51,565 bases of DNA from the NCBI GenBank assembly GCA_041576455.1, contig JBFGKX010000001.1, forward strand, positions 1 through 51,565, written 5' to 3'. The position numbers were made by a program, and so were the translations under genes. This document shows, in pieces, positions 24,696-34,881 of the stretch. The notes below the pieces were generated by a model. It worked only from the letters and a program-made list of their open reading frames with translations, was not told the DNA's origin and made no database searches. Position 1 is the stretch's first letter. Each line of letters opens with the position of its first letter. The stretch is from Paenisporosarcina sp. GTDB taxonomy: Bacteria > Bacillota > Bacilli > Bacillales_A > Planococcaceae.

Positions 24696-24729
24696 GCAAA
24701 AGAGTGGGATTTCCCGCTCTTTTCTGTTT
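24696..24729 (+). promoter_or_regulatory. rimP leader attenuator hairpin
   Basis: AAAAGAGTGGGA-tt-TCCCGCTCTTTT followed by CTGTTT, lying between the promoter and rimP. Confidence 0.7.
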
Positions 24730-24764
24730 GTTATGTCGAAAATAAATCGCGGCGGGAGGCATAT

Positions 24765-25241
24765 ATGAGCAATATAATAAATGAAATAGAAAAGCTTGTG
24801 ACGCCCATTGTTGAAGAATTAAATTTGGAACTCGTTGATACAGAGTTCGTTAAAGAAGGGCGCAGTTGGTTCTTACGTATCTATGTAGATAAACCTCAAG
24901 GTGGCATTGACATTGAACATTGTGCACTTGTAAGTGAGCGCATCAGCGAAGTGTTAGATGCAAAAGATCCAATTGAACAAAACTACTTTTTAGAAGTTTC
25001 TTCACCTGGGGCTGAACGTCCATTGAAAAAAGAAAGTGATTTTGAACGAGCAATTGGTCAATATATTCATGTGAAAACATATGAGCCAGTGAATGGTTTG
25101 AAAGAATTTGAAGGATTTCTAACCGCTTATAGTGAGCAAGGTTTAGAAATGGATGTTCGAATTAAAACGAGAAAAATTAAAGTTCATCTTACAAAAGAGA
25201 AAATTGCATTCGCGCGCTTAGCGATTAATTTCTCTGCATAA
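24765..25241 (+). CDS. rimP: Ribosome maturation factor RimP
   Basis: LRIYVDK, YFLEVSSPGAERPL; directly upstream of nusA. Confidence 0.97.
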   Translation: MSNIINEIEKLVTPIVEELNLELVDTEFVKEGRSWFLRIYVDKPQGGIDIEHCALVSERISEVLDAKDPIEQNYFLEVSSPGAERPLKKESDFERAIGQYIHVKTYEPVNGLKEFEGFLTAYSEQGLEMDVRIKTRKIKVHLTKEKIAFARLAINFSA

Positions 25242-25264
25242 TGTGAATGTAGGAGTGAAGAAAA

Positions 25265-26440
25265 ATGGCAAAGGCTAAGGCAAAAACAAATGCAAATGCA
25301 AATGAATTGCTAGATGCTTTATTGGCACTTGAGAAGCAAAAAGGTATTTCACGAGAAGTTTTAATTGAAGCGATTGAAGCGGCGCTTGTTACTGCATATA
25401 AACGCAATTTCAATCAAGCACAAAATGTTCGCGTTGATTTAAATTTAGATAACGGAACGATGCTAGTATTCTCTCGTAAAGATGTTATGGAAGAAGTAGT
25501 AGACGAACGTCTACATATTTCATTGGAAGATGCTAAACAAATAAATCCAGCATTTGAAATTGGAGACATTGTGGAGCAAGAAGTAACGCCAAGAAACTTT
25601 GGACGAATTGCTGCTCAAACAGCTAAACAAGTAGTGACACAACGTGTTCGTGAAGCAGAACGTGGTTTGATTTACGATGAGTATGTTGACCGTGAAGAAG
25701 ATATCGTCAATGGAATAGTTGAACGTTTAGATGCACGCAATATCTATGTAGGGCTTGGAAAAGTTGAAGCAGTATTGCCGATAAACGAACAAATTCAAAC
25801 TGAAACATACCGTCCTCATGAGCGCATTAAAGTTTTTATCACTAAAGTCGAACGCACTACGCGTGGACCGCAAGTTTTTGTTTCCCGTACACATCCAGGA
25901 TTACTTCGCCGTTTGTTTGAAATGGAAGTACCTGAAATATTTGATGGCATTGTAGAAATTAAGTCAATCGCACGTGAAGCGGGTGATCGATCGAAAATTT
26001 CTGTTGTCGCTCATAATGAAGATATAGATCCAGTAGGTTCTTGCGTTGGGGCAAAGGGTTCTCGTGTGCAAACCATTGTAAATGAATTGAATGGAGAAAA
26101 AATCGACATTGTAGAATGGTCTGAAGATCCAGTAATCTTTGTTGCGAATGCTCTTAGTCCTTCAAAAGTATTAGATGTTCAAGTACAAGAAGAAGAGAAG
26201 TCGACAACGGTTGTCGTACCTGATTATCAACTATCTTTAGCAATTGGGAAACGTGGTCAAAATGCTCGATTAGCAGCGAAATTGACGGGATGGAAAATCG
26301 ATATTAAGAGTGAAACGGATGCTCGTGAACTTGGGATTTATCCTACTGCCCATTCTTTTGTAAGTGAAGATGATCAAGATGTAGCTTATGAAAATGATGC
26401 TGATGAAGATTTTGATTTATATCAAGATAACGAAGAATAA
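25265..26440 (+). CDS. nusA: Transcription termination/antitermination factor NusA
   Basis: FGRIAAQTAKQV, S1 and KH domains, AREAGDRSKI, SLAIGKRGQNARLA. Confidence 0.99.
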   Translation: MAKAKAKTNANANELLDALLALEKQKGISREVLIEAIEAALVTAYKRNFNQAQNVRVDLNLDNGTMLVFSRKDVMEEVVDERLHISLEDAKQINPAFEIGDIVEQEVTPRNFGRIAAQTAKQVVTQRVREAERGLIYDEYVDREEDIVNGIVERLDARNIYVGLGKVEAVLPINEQIQTETYRPHERIKVFITKVERTTRGPQVFVSRTHPGLLRRLFEMEVPEIFDGIVEIKSIAREAGDRSKISVVAHNEDIDPVGSCVGAKGSRVQTIVNELNGEKIDIVEWSEDPVIFVANALSPSKVLDVQVQEEEKSTTVVVPDYQLSLAIGKRGQNARLAAKLTGWKIDIKSETDARELGIYPTAHSFVSEDDQDVAYENDADEDFDLYQDNEE

Positions 26441-26459
26441 ACGAAGAGGGTGAATTTTG

Positions 26460-26738
26460 ATGTCTAGTCAAAAGAAAATACCTTTACGAAAGTGTGTAGC
26501 AACAGGCGAAATGCTTTCCAAAAAAGAAATGATTCGCATTGTTCGTTCTAAAGAAGGAGAAGTATCTGTAGACTTAACTGGTAAAAAGTCAGGTCGTGGT
26601 GCTTATGTTTCTAAATCCAAGCAAGCTGTTGAACTAGCAAAAAAACGCAGAATTTTAGATAACCATTTAGAAGTGAAAATCCCGGACAATATATTTGATG
26701 AATTGTTAACGGTCATTGAAAGAGAGCAAATCAAATGA
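26460..26738 (+). CDS. ylxR: YlxR/RnpM family RNA-binding protein (DUF448)
   Basis: PLRKCVA, GRGAY motif; position after nusA. TTG 26457 is an alternative start. Confidence 0.93.
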   Translation: MSSQKKIPLRKCVATGEMLSKKEMIRIVRSKEGEVSVDLTGKKSGRGAYVSKSKQAVELAKKRRILDNHLEVKIPDNIFDELLTVIEREQIK

Positions 26739-27055
26739 ATGTACAGCAAAAAATCTTACAGATGCTCGGACTCGCTGTACGCGCAAGAATGTTGATTTCT
26801 GGCGAAGAATTGGTCGTTAAAAGTATCCAAACTAAACAGGCAAAATTGGCAATCATATCGTCTGATGCTTCAGAGAACACAATGAAAAAAATTCAAGATA
26901 AATGCAAGTCTTACAACGTTGAGTTACATGTTTTCGGCGATCGTTCAGATCTCGGACATGCTACAGGAAAAGAGGCCCGTGTGGCACTCGCAATTACTGA
27001 TGACGGTTTTGCAAAAAAACTGTCTGGACTTCTCAACGAATTTAACCGGGGGTGA
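26735..27055 (+). CDS. ylxQ: L7Ae-family RNA-binding protein YlxQ
   Basis: LGLA.RA..LISGEE, DASENT.KK, LGHATGK; position before infB. Confidence 0.93.
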   Translation: MNVQQKILQMLGLAVRARMLISGEELVVKSIQTKQAKLAIISSDASENTMKKIQDKCKSYNVELHVFGDRSDLGHATGKEARVALAITDDGFAKKLSGLLNEFNRG

Positions 27056-27059
27056 CTTA

Positions 27060-29474
27060 ATGACCAAATTACGGGTTCATGAATATGCCAAGCAAATTAA
27101 TAAATCAAGTAAAGAAGTAATTGAGCAATTAAGCAAGTTAAATGTACAAGTAACAAATCACATGTCTACATTAGAAGGCGATGCGGTAACTAAATTAGAT
27201 ACTGTTTATAAAAAAGCATCTACTCCCGCACAAAAAACCACTCCGCAAAGTGGAAATCGCCCTCAAGGGACTGGCGCTCAAAATAACCGTCCACAAGGAA
27301 GTAGCTCACAAGGCAACCGCCCACAAGGAAGTAGCTCACAAGGCAACCGCCCACAAGGAAGTAGCTCACAAGGTAGCCGTCCTCAAGGATCAAGTTCACA
27401 AGGGAATCGCTCTCAAACGAGCAGCCAATCTAAACCATCAATGGGTGAAAGCCGTGGCGTAACAAACACAACAACATCTCGCGATAAGCAAAAACCTGCT
27501 ACAACTACGACTGATGGTCGTAAGCAAGAGCAAGGTGCTCAAACGAAAGAAAAGAAAGTATTTGGTCAAAACCGTCCTGCAGGTTCAGGATTTGGTGGAC
27601 GTCCAGGTGGTGGCGGAAATCACCGTCCAGGGACTGGGAATCGTGCAGGCCGAAATAAAGGAAAACAAAAACGACAACCAGTAGCACCACCAGTACCGAA
27701 AAAAGAAAAAGAATTACCGACAAAAATCACTTTTTATGAATCATTAACAGTTGCTGAATTAGCAAAAAAATTAGGCAGAGAACCATCTGAAATCATTAAA
27801 AAATTGTTCTTGTTGGGTGTAATGGCAACCATTAACCAAGAGTTAGATAAAGATGCAATTGAATTAGTCTGTGCAGACTATGGGGTTGAAGTAGAAGAAG
27901 AAATTCGTGTCGATATTTCCGATTTAGAAGGATACTTTGAAGGTGAACAAGAAGAGCAAGGTGTTCAAAAAGAGCGTCCGCCAGTTGTTACAATCATGGG
28001 ACACGTAGACCATGGGAAAACAACACTTCTTGATTCGATTCGTAAAACGAAAGTCACTGCAAGTGAAGCCGGTGGGATTACTCAACATATTGGTGCTTAC
28101 CAAGTTGTTGATAACGGGAAGAAAATTACGTTCCTAGATACACCTGGTCATGCTGCATTTACAACAATGCGTGCTCGTGGCGCGAGAGTTACAGATATTA
28201 CGATTTTAGTTGTCGCTGCAGATGATGGTGTTATGCCTCAAACAATTGAAGCAATTAACCACGCTAAAGCTGCAGAAGTGCCAATTATTGTTGCAGTGAA
28301 TAAAATGGATAAACCATCTGCAAATCCAGAACGTGTTATGCAAGAATTAACTGAACACGGACTAGTCTCTGAAGAATGGGGCGGAGAAACGATTTTCGCA
28401 CCGATTTCAGCTTTAAAAGGCGATGGAATTGATAACTTATTAGAAATGATACTTCTGGTTTCAGAAGTAGCTGAATTAAAAGCAGACGCTAAACGCCGTG
28501 CAATTGGAACAGTAATTGAAGCTCAATTAGACAAAGGCCGTGGCTCTGTGGCTACTCTTCTTGTTCAAGATGGTACACTTAAAGTTGGGGACCCAATCGT
28601 AGTTGGACACACATATGGTCGTGTTCGTGCGATGGTAAACGATTTAGGCCGTCGAGTAAAAGAAGCAGGTCCAAGTACGCCAGTTGAAATTACTGGTTTA
28701 AATGATGTGCCACAAGCTGGTGACCGTTTTGTAGTCTTTGAAGATGAGAAGACCGCTCGTCAAGTAGGGGAATCTAGAGCATCTACAGCGTTACAAGCAC
28801 AGCGATCAGAAAAAACGCGTGTGACGTTAGACAACTTATTTGATCAAATGAAACAAGGTGAAATGAAAGAATTGAACGTCATCGTGAAAGCTGATGTTCA
28901 AGGTTCCGTCGAAGCGATGGCTGCTTCTCTAATGAAGCTTGATGTTGCAGGTGTAAATGTTCGAATCATCCATACGGGTGCTGGAGCAATTACAGAATCA
29001 GATATTTCACTTGCCGCAGCATCAAATGCAATTGTTATTGGATTCAATGTTCGTCCAGATACAAATGCTAAACGTGCAGCTGAAGCTGAAGGTGTAGATA
29101 TTCGTTTACATCGTGTTATTTATAAGGTTATTGAAGAAATTGAAGCGGCAATGACTGGATTACTTGACCCTGAATTCCAAGAAAAAATTATTGGTCAAGC
29201 TGAAGTTCGTGAAACGTTTAAAGTTACGAAAATCGGTACAATTGCTGGAAGTTATGTGACTGAAGGTAAACTTACACGTGATAGTGGCGTACGTGTAATT
29301 CGTGACAGCATTGTTGTCTTTGAAGGCGAATTAGATTCAATTAAACGTTTTAAAGATGATGTAAAAGAAGTAGCTCGCGGGTATGAATGTGGGATTACTG
29401 TGAAAAACTATAATGATGTTAGAGAAGGCGACATTATTGAAGCATTCGTGATGGAAGAAATTAAACGTAAATGA
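27060..29474 (+). CDS. infB: Translation initiation factor IF-2
   Basis: [28 protein letters not shown]; SD GGGGGTG before ATG 27060. Confidence 0.99.
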   Translation: MTKLRVHEYAKQINKSSKEVIEQLSKLNVQVTNHMSTLEGDAVTKLDTVYKKASTPAQKTTPQSGNRPQGTGAQNNRPQGSSSQGNRPQGSSSQGNRPQGSSSQGSRPQGSSSQGNRSQTSSQSKPSMGESRGVTNTTTSRDKQKPATTTTDGRKQEQGAQTKEKKVFGQNRPAGSGFGGRPGGGGNHRPGTGNRAGRNKGKQKRQPVAPPVPKKEKELPTKITFYESLTVAELAKKLGREPSEIIKKLFLLGVMATINQELDKDAIELVCADYGVEVEEEIRVDISDLEGYFEGEQEEQGVQKERPPVVTIMGHVDHGKTTLLDSIRKTKVTASEAGGITQHIGAYQVVDNGKKITFLDTPGHAAFTTMRARGARVTDITILVVAADDGVMPQTIEAINHAKAAEVPIIVAVNKMDKPSANPERVMQELTEHGLVSEEWGGETIFAPISALKGDGIDNLLEMILLVSEVAELKADAKRRAIGTVIEAQLDKGRGSVATLLVQDGTLKVGDPIVVGHTYGRVRAMVNDLGRRVKEAGPSTPVEITGLNDVPQAGDRFVVFEDEKTARQVGESRASTALQAQRSEKTRVTLDNLFDQMKQGEMKELNVIVKADVQGSVEAMAASLMKLDVAGVNVRIIHTGAGAITESDISLAAASNAIVIGFNVRPDTNAKRAAEAEGVDIRLHRVIYKVIEEIEAAMTGLLDPEFQEKIIGQAEVRETFKVTKIGTIAGSYVTEGKLTRDSGVRVIRDSIVVFEGELDSIKRFKDDVKEVARGYECGITVKNYNDVREGDIIEAFVMEEIKRK
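27252..27428 (+). repeat. In-frame 30-bp tandem repeat in infB ([10 protein letters not shown])
   Basis: CCACAAGGAAGTAGCTCACAAGGCAACCGC repeated perfectly at 27291-27350 plus a partial copy to 27373, with degenerate copies on either side (about 6 units). Confidence 0.95.
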
Positions 29475-29749
29475 TTTCATACGTCGAATGCGAATTTATC
29501 ATTCCGACGTCCCATTCATTGAAAGAGAAGCGCGCTGTTTTACAGCGCATGCTTACTCGTACGAAACAAAAGTTTAACGTTTCCATATCAGAAATTGATC
29601 ATCAAGATATGTGGCAAAGGACTAGAATTGCAATGGTTTGCGTAACTTCTTCAAGAGAAGCAAGTGACCGTGAACTAACCCATGCTATTAATTTCTTGGA
29701 GTCTAATCCGGAATGGGAACGAACGGAAACAATCCGTGAACATTTATAG
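29471..29749 (+). CDS. ylxP: DUF503 family protein YlxP
   Basis: [20 protein letters not shown]; between infB and rbfA. Confidence 0.92.
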   Translation: MISYVECEFIIPTSHSLKEKRAVLQRMLTRTKQKFNVSISEIDHQDMWQRTRIAMVCVTSSREASDRELTHAINFLESNPEWERTETIREHL

Positions 29750-29771
29750 ATAGAACAGAGGTGAAGCCATT

Positions 29772-30146
29772 ATGGCGAATCGCTCAAATCGAGTAGCAGA
29801 ACAAATGAAAAAAGAGTTAGGCGAAATTATTGCACGTAGACTAAAAGACCCTCGCATCGGGTTTGTCACTGTGACGGATGTTGAAGTCACTGGTGATTTA
29901 CAACAAGCGACAGTCTTCATTACAGTCTTAGGTGACAATCAGAAACGACAAGATACGTTAAAAGGTCTAGCTAAAGCTAAAGGATTTATCCGTACCGAAA
30001 TTGGTCAACGAATTCGACTTCGAAAGACTCCTGAACTTATGTTTGAATTTGATGAGTCTTCCGATTACGGAAACAAAATTGATTCTTTACTTAGACAAAT
30101 TAACAAACCGACTGTAGAAAAAGAAACAACTGAAGAAACTGAATAA
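29772..30146 (+). CDS. rbfA: Ribosome-binding factor A
   Basis: [33 protein letters not shown]. Confidence 0.98.
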   Translation: MANRSNRVAEQMKKELGEIIARRLKDPRIGFVTVTDVEVTGDLQQATVFITVLGDNQKRQDTLKGLAKAKGFIRTEIGQRIRLRKTPELMFEFDESSDYGNKIDSLLRQINKPTVEKETTEETE

Positions 30147-30150
30147 CAAC

Positions 30151-30188
30151 AAGAAGTCTGCGAAACTAAGTTTTAGCAGGCTTCTTTC
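30151..30188 (+). terminator. Hairpin/terminator after rbfA
   Basis: AAGAAGTCTGC...GCAGGCTTCTTT. Confidence 0.65.
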
Positions 30189-30230
30189 CTATTTACGAAA
30201 TATCTAATACGAATAAAGGAGTTGGAACGA

Positions 30231-31163
30231 ATGCAAAACGGCATTCTTCCGCTATGGAAAGAAAAAGGAATGACATCTCACGATTGCGTATTTAAACTAC
30301 GTAAAATCTTGAAGATGAAGCGTATTGGTCATACGGGCACATTAGATCCAAGTGTAGAAGGTGTCTTGCCTATTTGTTTAGGAGAATCAACAAAGGTAGC
30401 CGAATATTTAACAAACGCAGGTAAAATTTATGAGGCCGAAGTGACGATTGGTACTTCTACAACAACGGAAGACGCCGATGGGGACGTTGTTGAAAGCGAC
30501 GATTCACATAAACAATTTTCCAGAGAAGCTATCCAACAAGCGTTAATGGAATTGACTGGAACTATTGAACAAACACCGCCCATGTACTCTGCGGTTAAAG
30601 TCAATGGGAAAAAGCTCTATGAATACGCTAGGGCAGGAATTTCGATAGAAAGACCATCTAGACAAGTTCAAATATATGAGCTAACTCTTTTAAGTGAAGA
30701 AACAATTTTTTCTGGTGGACGCGTTTCGTTTAGAATTCGTGTGTCATGTAGCAAAGGAACATACATTCGAACCCTTGCAGTTCAAATCGGTGAAAAACTA
30801 GGATACCCTGCTCATATGTCGAAATTAGTTCGAACAGCTTCAGGAACGTTTACAGCTGACAATTGTGTAACGTTGAACCAAGTTCAAGATCTAGTAGACC
30901 AAAATTTATTAACTACCAATTTATACGATTTAGACTATGCTCTTCAAAGTATGCCGAAATTTGAAGTGCCTAACTTTTTAGAAAAAGCCATTCAAAATGG
31001 TCAAGTTTTAGATGCAATTGAAGCATTAAGGATTGAGGAACGAGTGGTTTTTACTAGAAACGGACAAGCAGTTGCTGTCTATATCAATCATCCATCTAAA
31101 GAGGGTAAAATGAAACCGGAAAAAATGTTTAATCGATTAGCTGAAGGAGGGGATGATGTATGA
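30231..31163 (+). CDS. truB: tRNA pseudouridine(55) synthase
   Basis: GHTGTLDP, PPMYSAVKVNGKKLYEYAR, CSKGTYIRTL; SD AAGGAG spaced for ATG 30231. Confidence 0.98.
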   Translation: MQNGILPLWKEKGMTSHDCVFKLRKILKMKRIGHTGTLDPSVEGVLPICLGESTKVAEYLTNAGKIYEAEVTIGTSTTTEDADGDVVESDDSHKQFSREAIQQALMELTGTIEQTPPMYSAVKVNGKKLYEYARAGISIERPSRQVQIYELTLLSEETIFSGGRVSFRIRVSCSKGTYIRTLAVQIGEKLGYPAHMSKLVRTASGTFTADNCVTLNQVQDLVDQNLLTTNLYDLDYALQSMPKFEVPNFLEKAIQNGQVLDAIEALRIEERVVFTRNGQAVAVYINHPSKEGKMKPEKMFNRLAEGGDDV

Positions 31164-32110
31164 AGGCGATTCACTTATCGTACCCACATCATGTAAGTGA
31201 CCCATACGTATCTGGCCCTTATTCTTTAGCAATTGGATTTTTTGATGGTGTGCATTTAGGTCATCGAGAAGTTATAGGTCATGCCAAAAAAATAGCTAGT
31301 GAACAGGGATTGAAATTAGCAGTTATGACATTTGATCCTCACCCATCAATTGTCCTTGGGAAAAGAAATGAAAAAGTGTTTTATATTACACCGATGGATC
31401 AAAAGTTAGAATTGCTAGAGTCAATGGGAGTGGATACAACATTTGTGGTTCGTTTTACTTCTGATTTTGCACAACTTACACCTGAAAGTTTTGTACACAC
31501 TTTTATCCGTCAATTGCACGTAAAACATGTCACAGCTGGATTTGATTTTACTTTTGGTGCTTTTGGCAAAGGCAATATGGAGAGTATGAAAGCATTAGCA
31601 AATCATGAATTTCAAGTATCGGTTGTTGAGAAAAAATCTGATAGCAGTGAAAAAATCAGTTCAACTCGTATTCGCCAAGCATTAACAGAGGGGAATATGG
31701 AGAAGGTTCATGAATTATTGGGCAGACCTTTTCAAATTCCTGGGATCGTTGTTCATGGGGACAAGAGAGGTCGTCAAATTGGTTTTCCAACAGCGAATAT
31801 ACAAGCAAAAGAAGGCTCTTACATCCCAGCAACAGGTGTATATTCTGTTAGAATGTTAGTTCAAGATGAATGGGTGGATGGCGTCTGTAATGTGGGCTAT
31901 AAGCCAACATTCAAAAATCTCAATGAAAAAAGATTAACAATTGAAGTGCATTTATTTAATTTTGATAAAAATATTTACGGGGAAGAAGTTTACGTTGATT
32001 GGTATCACCATATACGAGATGAACGCAAATTTGATGGGATTGACTCGCTGAAACAGCAAATTGAGAAGGACAAGCAAATTGCAATATCATTACTTCAAGT
32101 GGGAATCTAA
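31160..32110 (+). CDS. ribF: Bifunctional riboflavin kinase/FAD synthetase
   Basis: GFFDGVHLGH, TFDPHP, ISSTRIR, GFPTAN, IEVH, IRDERKF. Confidence 0.98.
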   Translation: MKAIHLSYPHHVSDPYVSGPYSLAIGFFDGVHLGHREVIGHAKKIASEQGLKLAVMTFDPHPSIVLGKRNEKVFYITPMDQKLELLESMGVDTTFVVRFTSDFAQLTPESFVHTFIRQLHVKHVTAGFDFTFGAFGKGNMESMKALANHEFQVSVVEKKSDSSEKISSTRIRQALTEGNMEKVHELLGRPFQIPGIVVHGDKRGRQIGFPTANIQAKEGSYIPATGVYSVRMLVQDEWVDGVCNVGYKPTFKNLNEKRLTIEVHLFNFDKNIYGEEVYVDWYHHIRDERKFDGIDSLKQQIEKDKQIAISLLQVGI

Positions 32111-32113
32111 CAG

Positions 32114-32142
32114 TTGCATAACAACAGGAACTATGCTAAAAT
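32114..32142 (+). promoter_or_regulatory. SigA promoter for rpsO
   Basis: TTGCAT, 17 bp, TGcTAAAAT extended -10. Confidence 0.75.
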
Positions 32143-32164
32143 TTTTAAGTGCATAGAGATATGC

Positions 32165-32244
32165 TTAACCGTTGCTTGGCAGTGCGAATCACCAACGCTT
32201 GCTCGGTAATTGGGGATATTATGAGAGTATTGGAGGTGAACCGG
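32165..32244 (+). promoter_or_regulatory. Ribosomal protein S15 autoregulatory leader (Firmicutes type)
   Basis: AACCGTTGCTTGGC...CACCAACGCTTGCTCGGTAATTGGGGAT upstream of rpsO, resembling Bacillales S15 leaders. Boundaries approximate. Confidence 0.65.
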
Positions 32245-32514
32245 ATGGCAATTACACAAGAACGTAAAAACGAACTTATCGCTGAGTACCGTACTCATGA
32301 AAGCGACACTGGTTCTGCAGACATTCAAATCGCTGTGTTAACAGAAGAGATTAACAACTTGAACGAACATTTACGTACACACAAGAAAGATCATCACTCA
32401 CGTCGTGGTCTATTCAAAATGGTAGGACGTCGTCGTAACTTGTTAAAATACTTACGTGAAAACGAAGTATCACGTTACCGTGACTTGATTGCAAAACTTG
32501 GTTTACGTCGATAA
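32245..32514 (+). CDS. rpsO: 30S ribosomal protein S15
   Basis: 89 aa; [26 protein letters not shown]; SD GGAGGTG. Confidence 0.99.
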   Translation: MAITQERKNELIAEYRTHESDTGSADIQIAVLTEEINNLNEHLRTHKKDHHSRRGLFKMVGRRRNLLKYLRENEVSRYRDLIAKLGLRR

Positions 32515-32527
32515 GATGCATTTTAGT

Positions 32528-32556
32528 GAAAGCGGGATTCGTCCCGCTTTTTCTTT
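32528..32556 (+). terminator. Intrinsic terminator after rpsO
   Basis: AAAGCGGGA-ttcg-TCCCGCTTTTT. Confidence 0.9.
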
Positions 32557-32687
32557 ATGTTCAAAAAGTTTTACCTCTCAATGACATTATATAAAAATTT
32601 TCGCATGAGAAGCACTTTTTTGATACACTACTAATGATACATACAACTAAATTTTATAGGATTTTTAGTACGAGAGGAGTTCATTCA

Positions 32688-34805
32688 ATGAACGAAAAAC
32701 AAATTTTTAATTTCGAATGGGCAGGTCGTCCATTACAAGTAGAAGTAGGTAAATTTGCGAAACAAGCAAATGGAGCTGTAATGGTTCGTTATGGCGATTC
32801 GACCGTTCTTTCAACGGCAACAGCTTCAAAACATCCTAAGCCTTTAGACTTCTTCCCACTAACATGTAACTATGAAGAGCGTCTATACGCCGCTGGGAAA
32901 ATTCCAGGTGGTTTCATTAAACGTGAAGGACGTCCATCAGAAAACGCAGTATTGACAAGTCGTCTAATTGACCGTCCAATCCGTCCTTTATTCCCAGATG
33001 GCTTCCGTAATGAAGTTCAAGTTATTTCAATCGTTATGTCGGTTGACCAAGATTGCACAACTGAAATGGCAGCAATGTTAGGATCATCTTTAGCATTATC
33101 CGTTTCTGATATTCCTTTCGATGGCCCAATTGCTGGCGTACAAGTAGGATTAATTGATGGTCAATTTATCACGAACCCGACTCAAGCTCAATTGGCTGTG
33201 AGCACGATTGATTTAATTGTGGCAGGTACAAAAGATGCAATTAACATGGTGGAGGCAGGAGCTCTTGAAGTGCCTGAGGAAGTGATGTTGGAAGCAATGA
33301 TGTTCGGTCACGAAGAAATCAAGAAGTTGATTGCTTTCCAAGAAGAAGTAGTTGCGGCAATGGGGAAAGAAAAAACAGACATTAAACTTTATGAGCTTGA
33401 TGCTGATTTGTCTGCAGAAATCAAAGCCGTTTGTGAAACGAAATTAAACAGTGCCATTCAAGTATATGAAAAACATGCACGCGAATTAGCGATAAATGAA
33501 GTAAAAGACGAAGTAGTAGCGACATATGTTGAACAAGAAGCAGATGAAGCAAAACTTAAACAAGTTCGCCAAATTTTAGATAAAATGGTGAAAGAAGAAG
33601 TTCGTCGATTGATTACTGAGGATAAAGTCCGTCCAGATGGCCGTAAATTAGATGAAATTCGTCCATTATCTTCTGAGACAGGCATCTTACCTCGTACGCA
33701 TGGTTCAGGGTTATTTACTCGTGGACAAACTCAGGCGCTTAGTATTGCTACTTTAGGTGCTTTAGGTGATGTTCAAATCATTGATGGGTTGGGGATTGAG
33801 GAGTCAAAACGTTTCATGCATCATTACAACTTCCCACAATTCAGTGTAGGGGAGACAGGACCTATTCGTGGACCAGGTCGTCGAGAAATTGGGCATGGTG
33901 CTTTAGGAGAACGTGCACTTGTGGCAGTGATTCCTGATGAAAAAGAATTCCCGTATACAATACGTGTAGTTTCTGAGGTATTAGAATCTAACGGTTCAAC
34001 GTCTCAAGCAAGTATTTGTGCATCAACTCTTGCAATGATGGATGCGGGTGTACCACTTAAAGCTCCGGTTGCTGGAATTGCAATGGGTCTAATTAAACGT
34101 GGTGATCAATATTCTGTCCTATCAGATATACAAGGGATGGAAGATCACTTAGGAGATATGGACTTTAAAGTTGCAGGAACTGCTAAGGGTGTAACAGCTC
34201 TTCAAATGGATATTAAAATTGATGGATTATCTCGCAACATTTTAGAAGAAGCATTGACTCAAGCTAAAATTGGTCGTATGCATATTTTAGATAGCATGAT
34301 TGCCACAATTGCAGAGCCGCGTACTAAATTGTCTCAATATGCACCGAAAATTATCATGATTAAGATTAACCCTGATAAGATCCGTGATGTGATAGGACCA
34401 GGCGGCAAACAAATTAATAAAATTATTGATGAAACAGGTGTTAAAATTGATACCGAGCAAGATGGGACTATTTACATTTCTTCCATCAATGAGGAAATGA
34501 ATACTCGTGCGAGAGAAATCATTGAGAGCATCGTGCGTGAAGCTGTTGTTGGCGAATACTACATGGCTAAAGTTAAACGAATTGAAAAATTCGGTGCTTT
34601 CCTTGAAATCTTCCCAGGTAAAGATGGACTACTTCATATTTCAGAAATTCAAGACGAGCGCACAAAAGCGGTTGAAGATGTATTAAAACTTGACGATGAA
34701 TTATTTGTGAAAGTAATTGAAATCGATAACCAAGGTCGTGTGAACCTGTCTCGTAAAATTGTAGTGAAAGAAGAAAAAGAAGCTGCTGAAAAAGAACAAG
34801 CTTAA
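32688..34805 (+). CDS. pnp: Polyribonucleotide nucleotidyltransferase (PNPase)
   Basis: [41 protein letters not shown] and S1 domains; SD GAGGAG before ATG 32688. Confidence 0.99.
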   Translation: MNEKQIFNFEWAGRPLQVEVGKFAKQANGAVMVRYGDSTVLSTATASKHPKPLDFFPLTCNYEERLYAAGKIPGGFIKREGRPSENAVLTSRLIDRPIRPLFPDGFRNEVQVISIVMSVDQDCTTEMAAMLGSSLALSVSDIPFDGPIAGVQVGLIDGQFITNPTQAQLAVSTIDLIVAGTKDAINMVEAGALEVPEEVMLEAMMFGHEEIKKLIAFQEEVVAAMGKEKTDIKLYELDADLSAEIKAVCETKLNSAIQVYEKHARELAINEVKDEVVATYVEQEADEAKLKQVRQILDKMVKEEVRRLITEDKVRPDGRKLDEIRPLSSETGILPRTHGSGLFTRGQTQALSIATLGALGDVQIIDGLGIEESKRFMHHYNFPQFSVGETGPIRGPGRREIGHGALGERALVAVIPDEKEFPYTIRVVSEVLESNGSTSQASICASTLAMMDAGVPLKAPVAGIAMGLIKRGDQYSVLSDIQGMEDHLGDMDFKVAGTAKGVTALQMDIKIDGLSRNILEEALTQAKIGRMHILDSMIATIAEPRTKLSQYAPKIIMIKINPDKIRDVIGPGGKQINKIIDETGVKIDTEQDGTIYISSINEEMNTRAREIIESIVREAVVGEYYMAKVKRIEKFGAFLEIFPGKDGLLHISEIQDERTKAVEDVLKLDDELFVKVIEIDNQGRVNLSRKIVVKEEKEAAEKEQA

Positions 34806-34817
34806 TTATAAACAAAT

Positions 34818-34854
34818 AAAAAGGTTGCCTACTGTGTGTATGGCAACCTTTTTT
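34818..34854 (+). terminator. Intrinsic terminator after pnp
   Basis: AAAAAGGTTGCC...GGCAACCTTTTTT. Confidence 0.88.
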
Positions 34855-34881
34855 CTCGAAAGTATGGGGGCATAAATTATC

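Noticed and set aside
26919-27059. Long N-terminal extensions in the ORF track (infB here; also rpsB, rpsO, pnp, cdsA, the ABC ATPase and ymfF)
   Set aside because: Strong SD sequences and conserved N-termini point to the downstream starts.
27291-27373. 30-bp direct repeats as a CRISPR array
   Set aside because: The repeats are contiguous with no spacers, in frame within infB, and there are no cas genes.
27250-27462. Alternative-frame ORF with [10 protein letters not shown] repeats
   Set aside because: A by-product of the 30-bp repeat keeping a second frame open; no SD.
27430-27470. Internal start for a short IF2-beta isoform at SMGES
   Set aside because: No SD precedes this ATG, so it is not supportable from the sequence.
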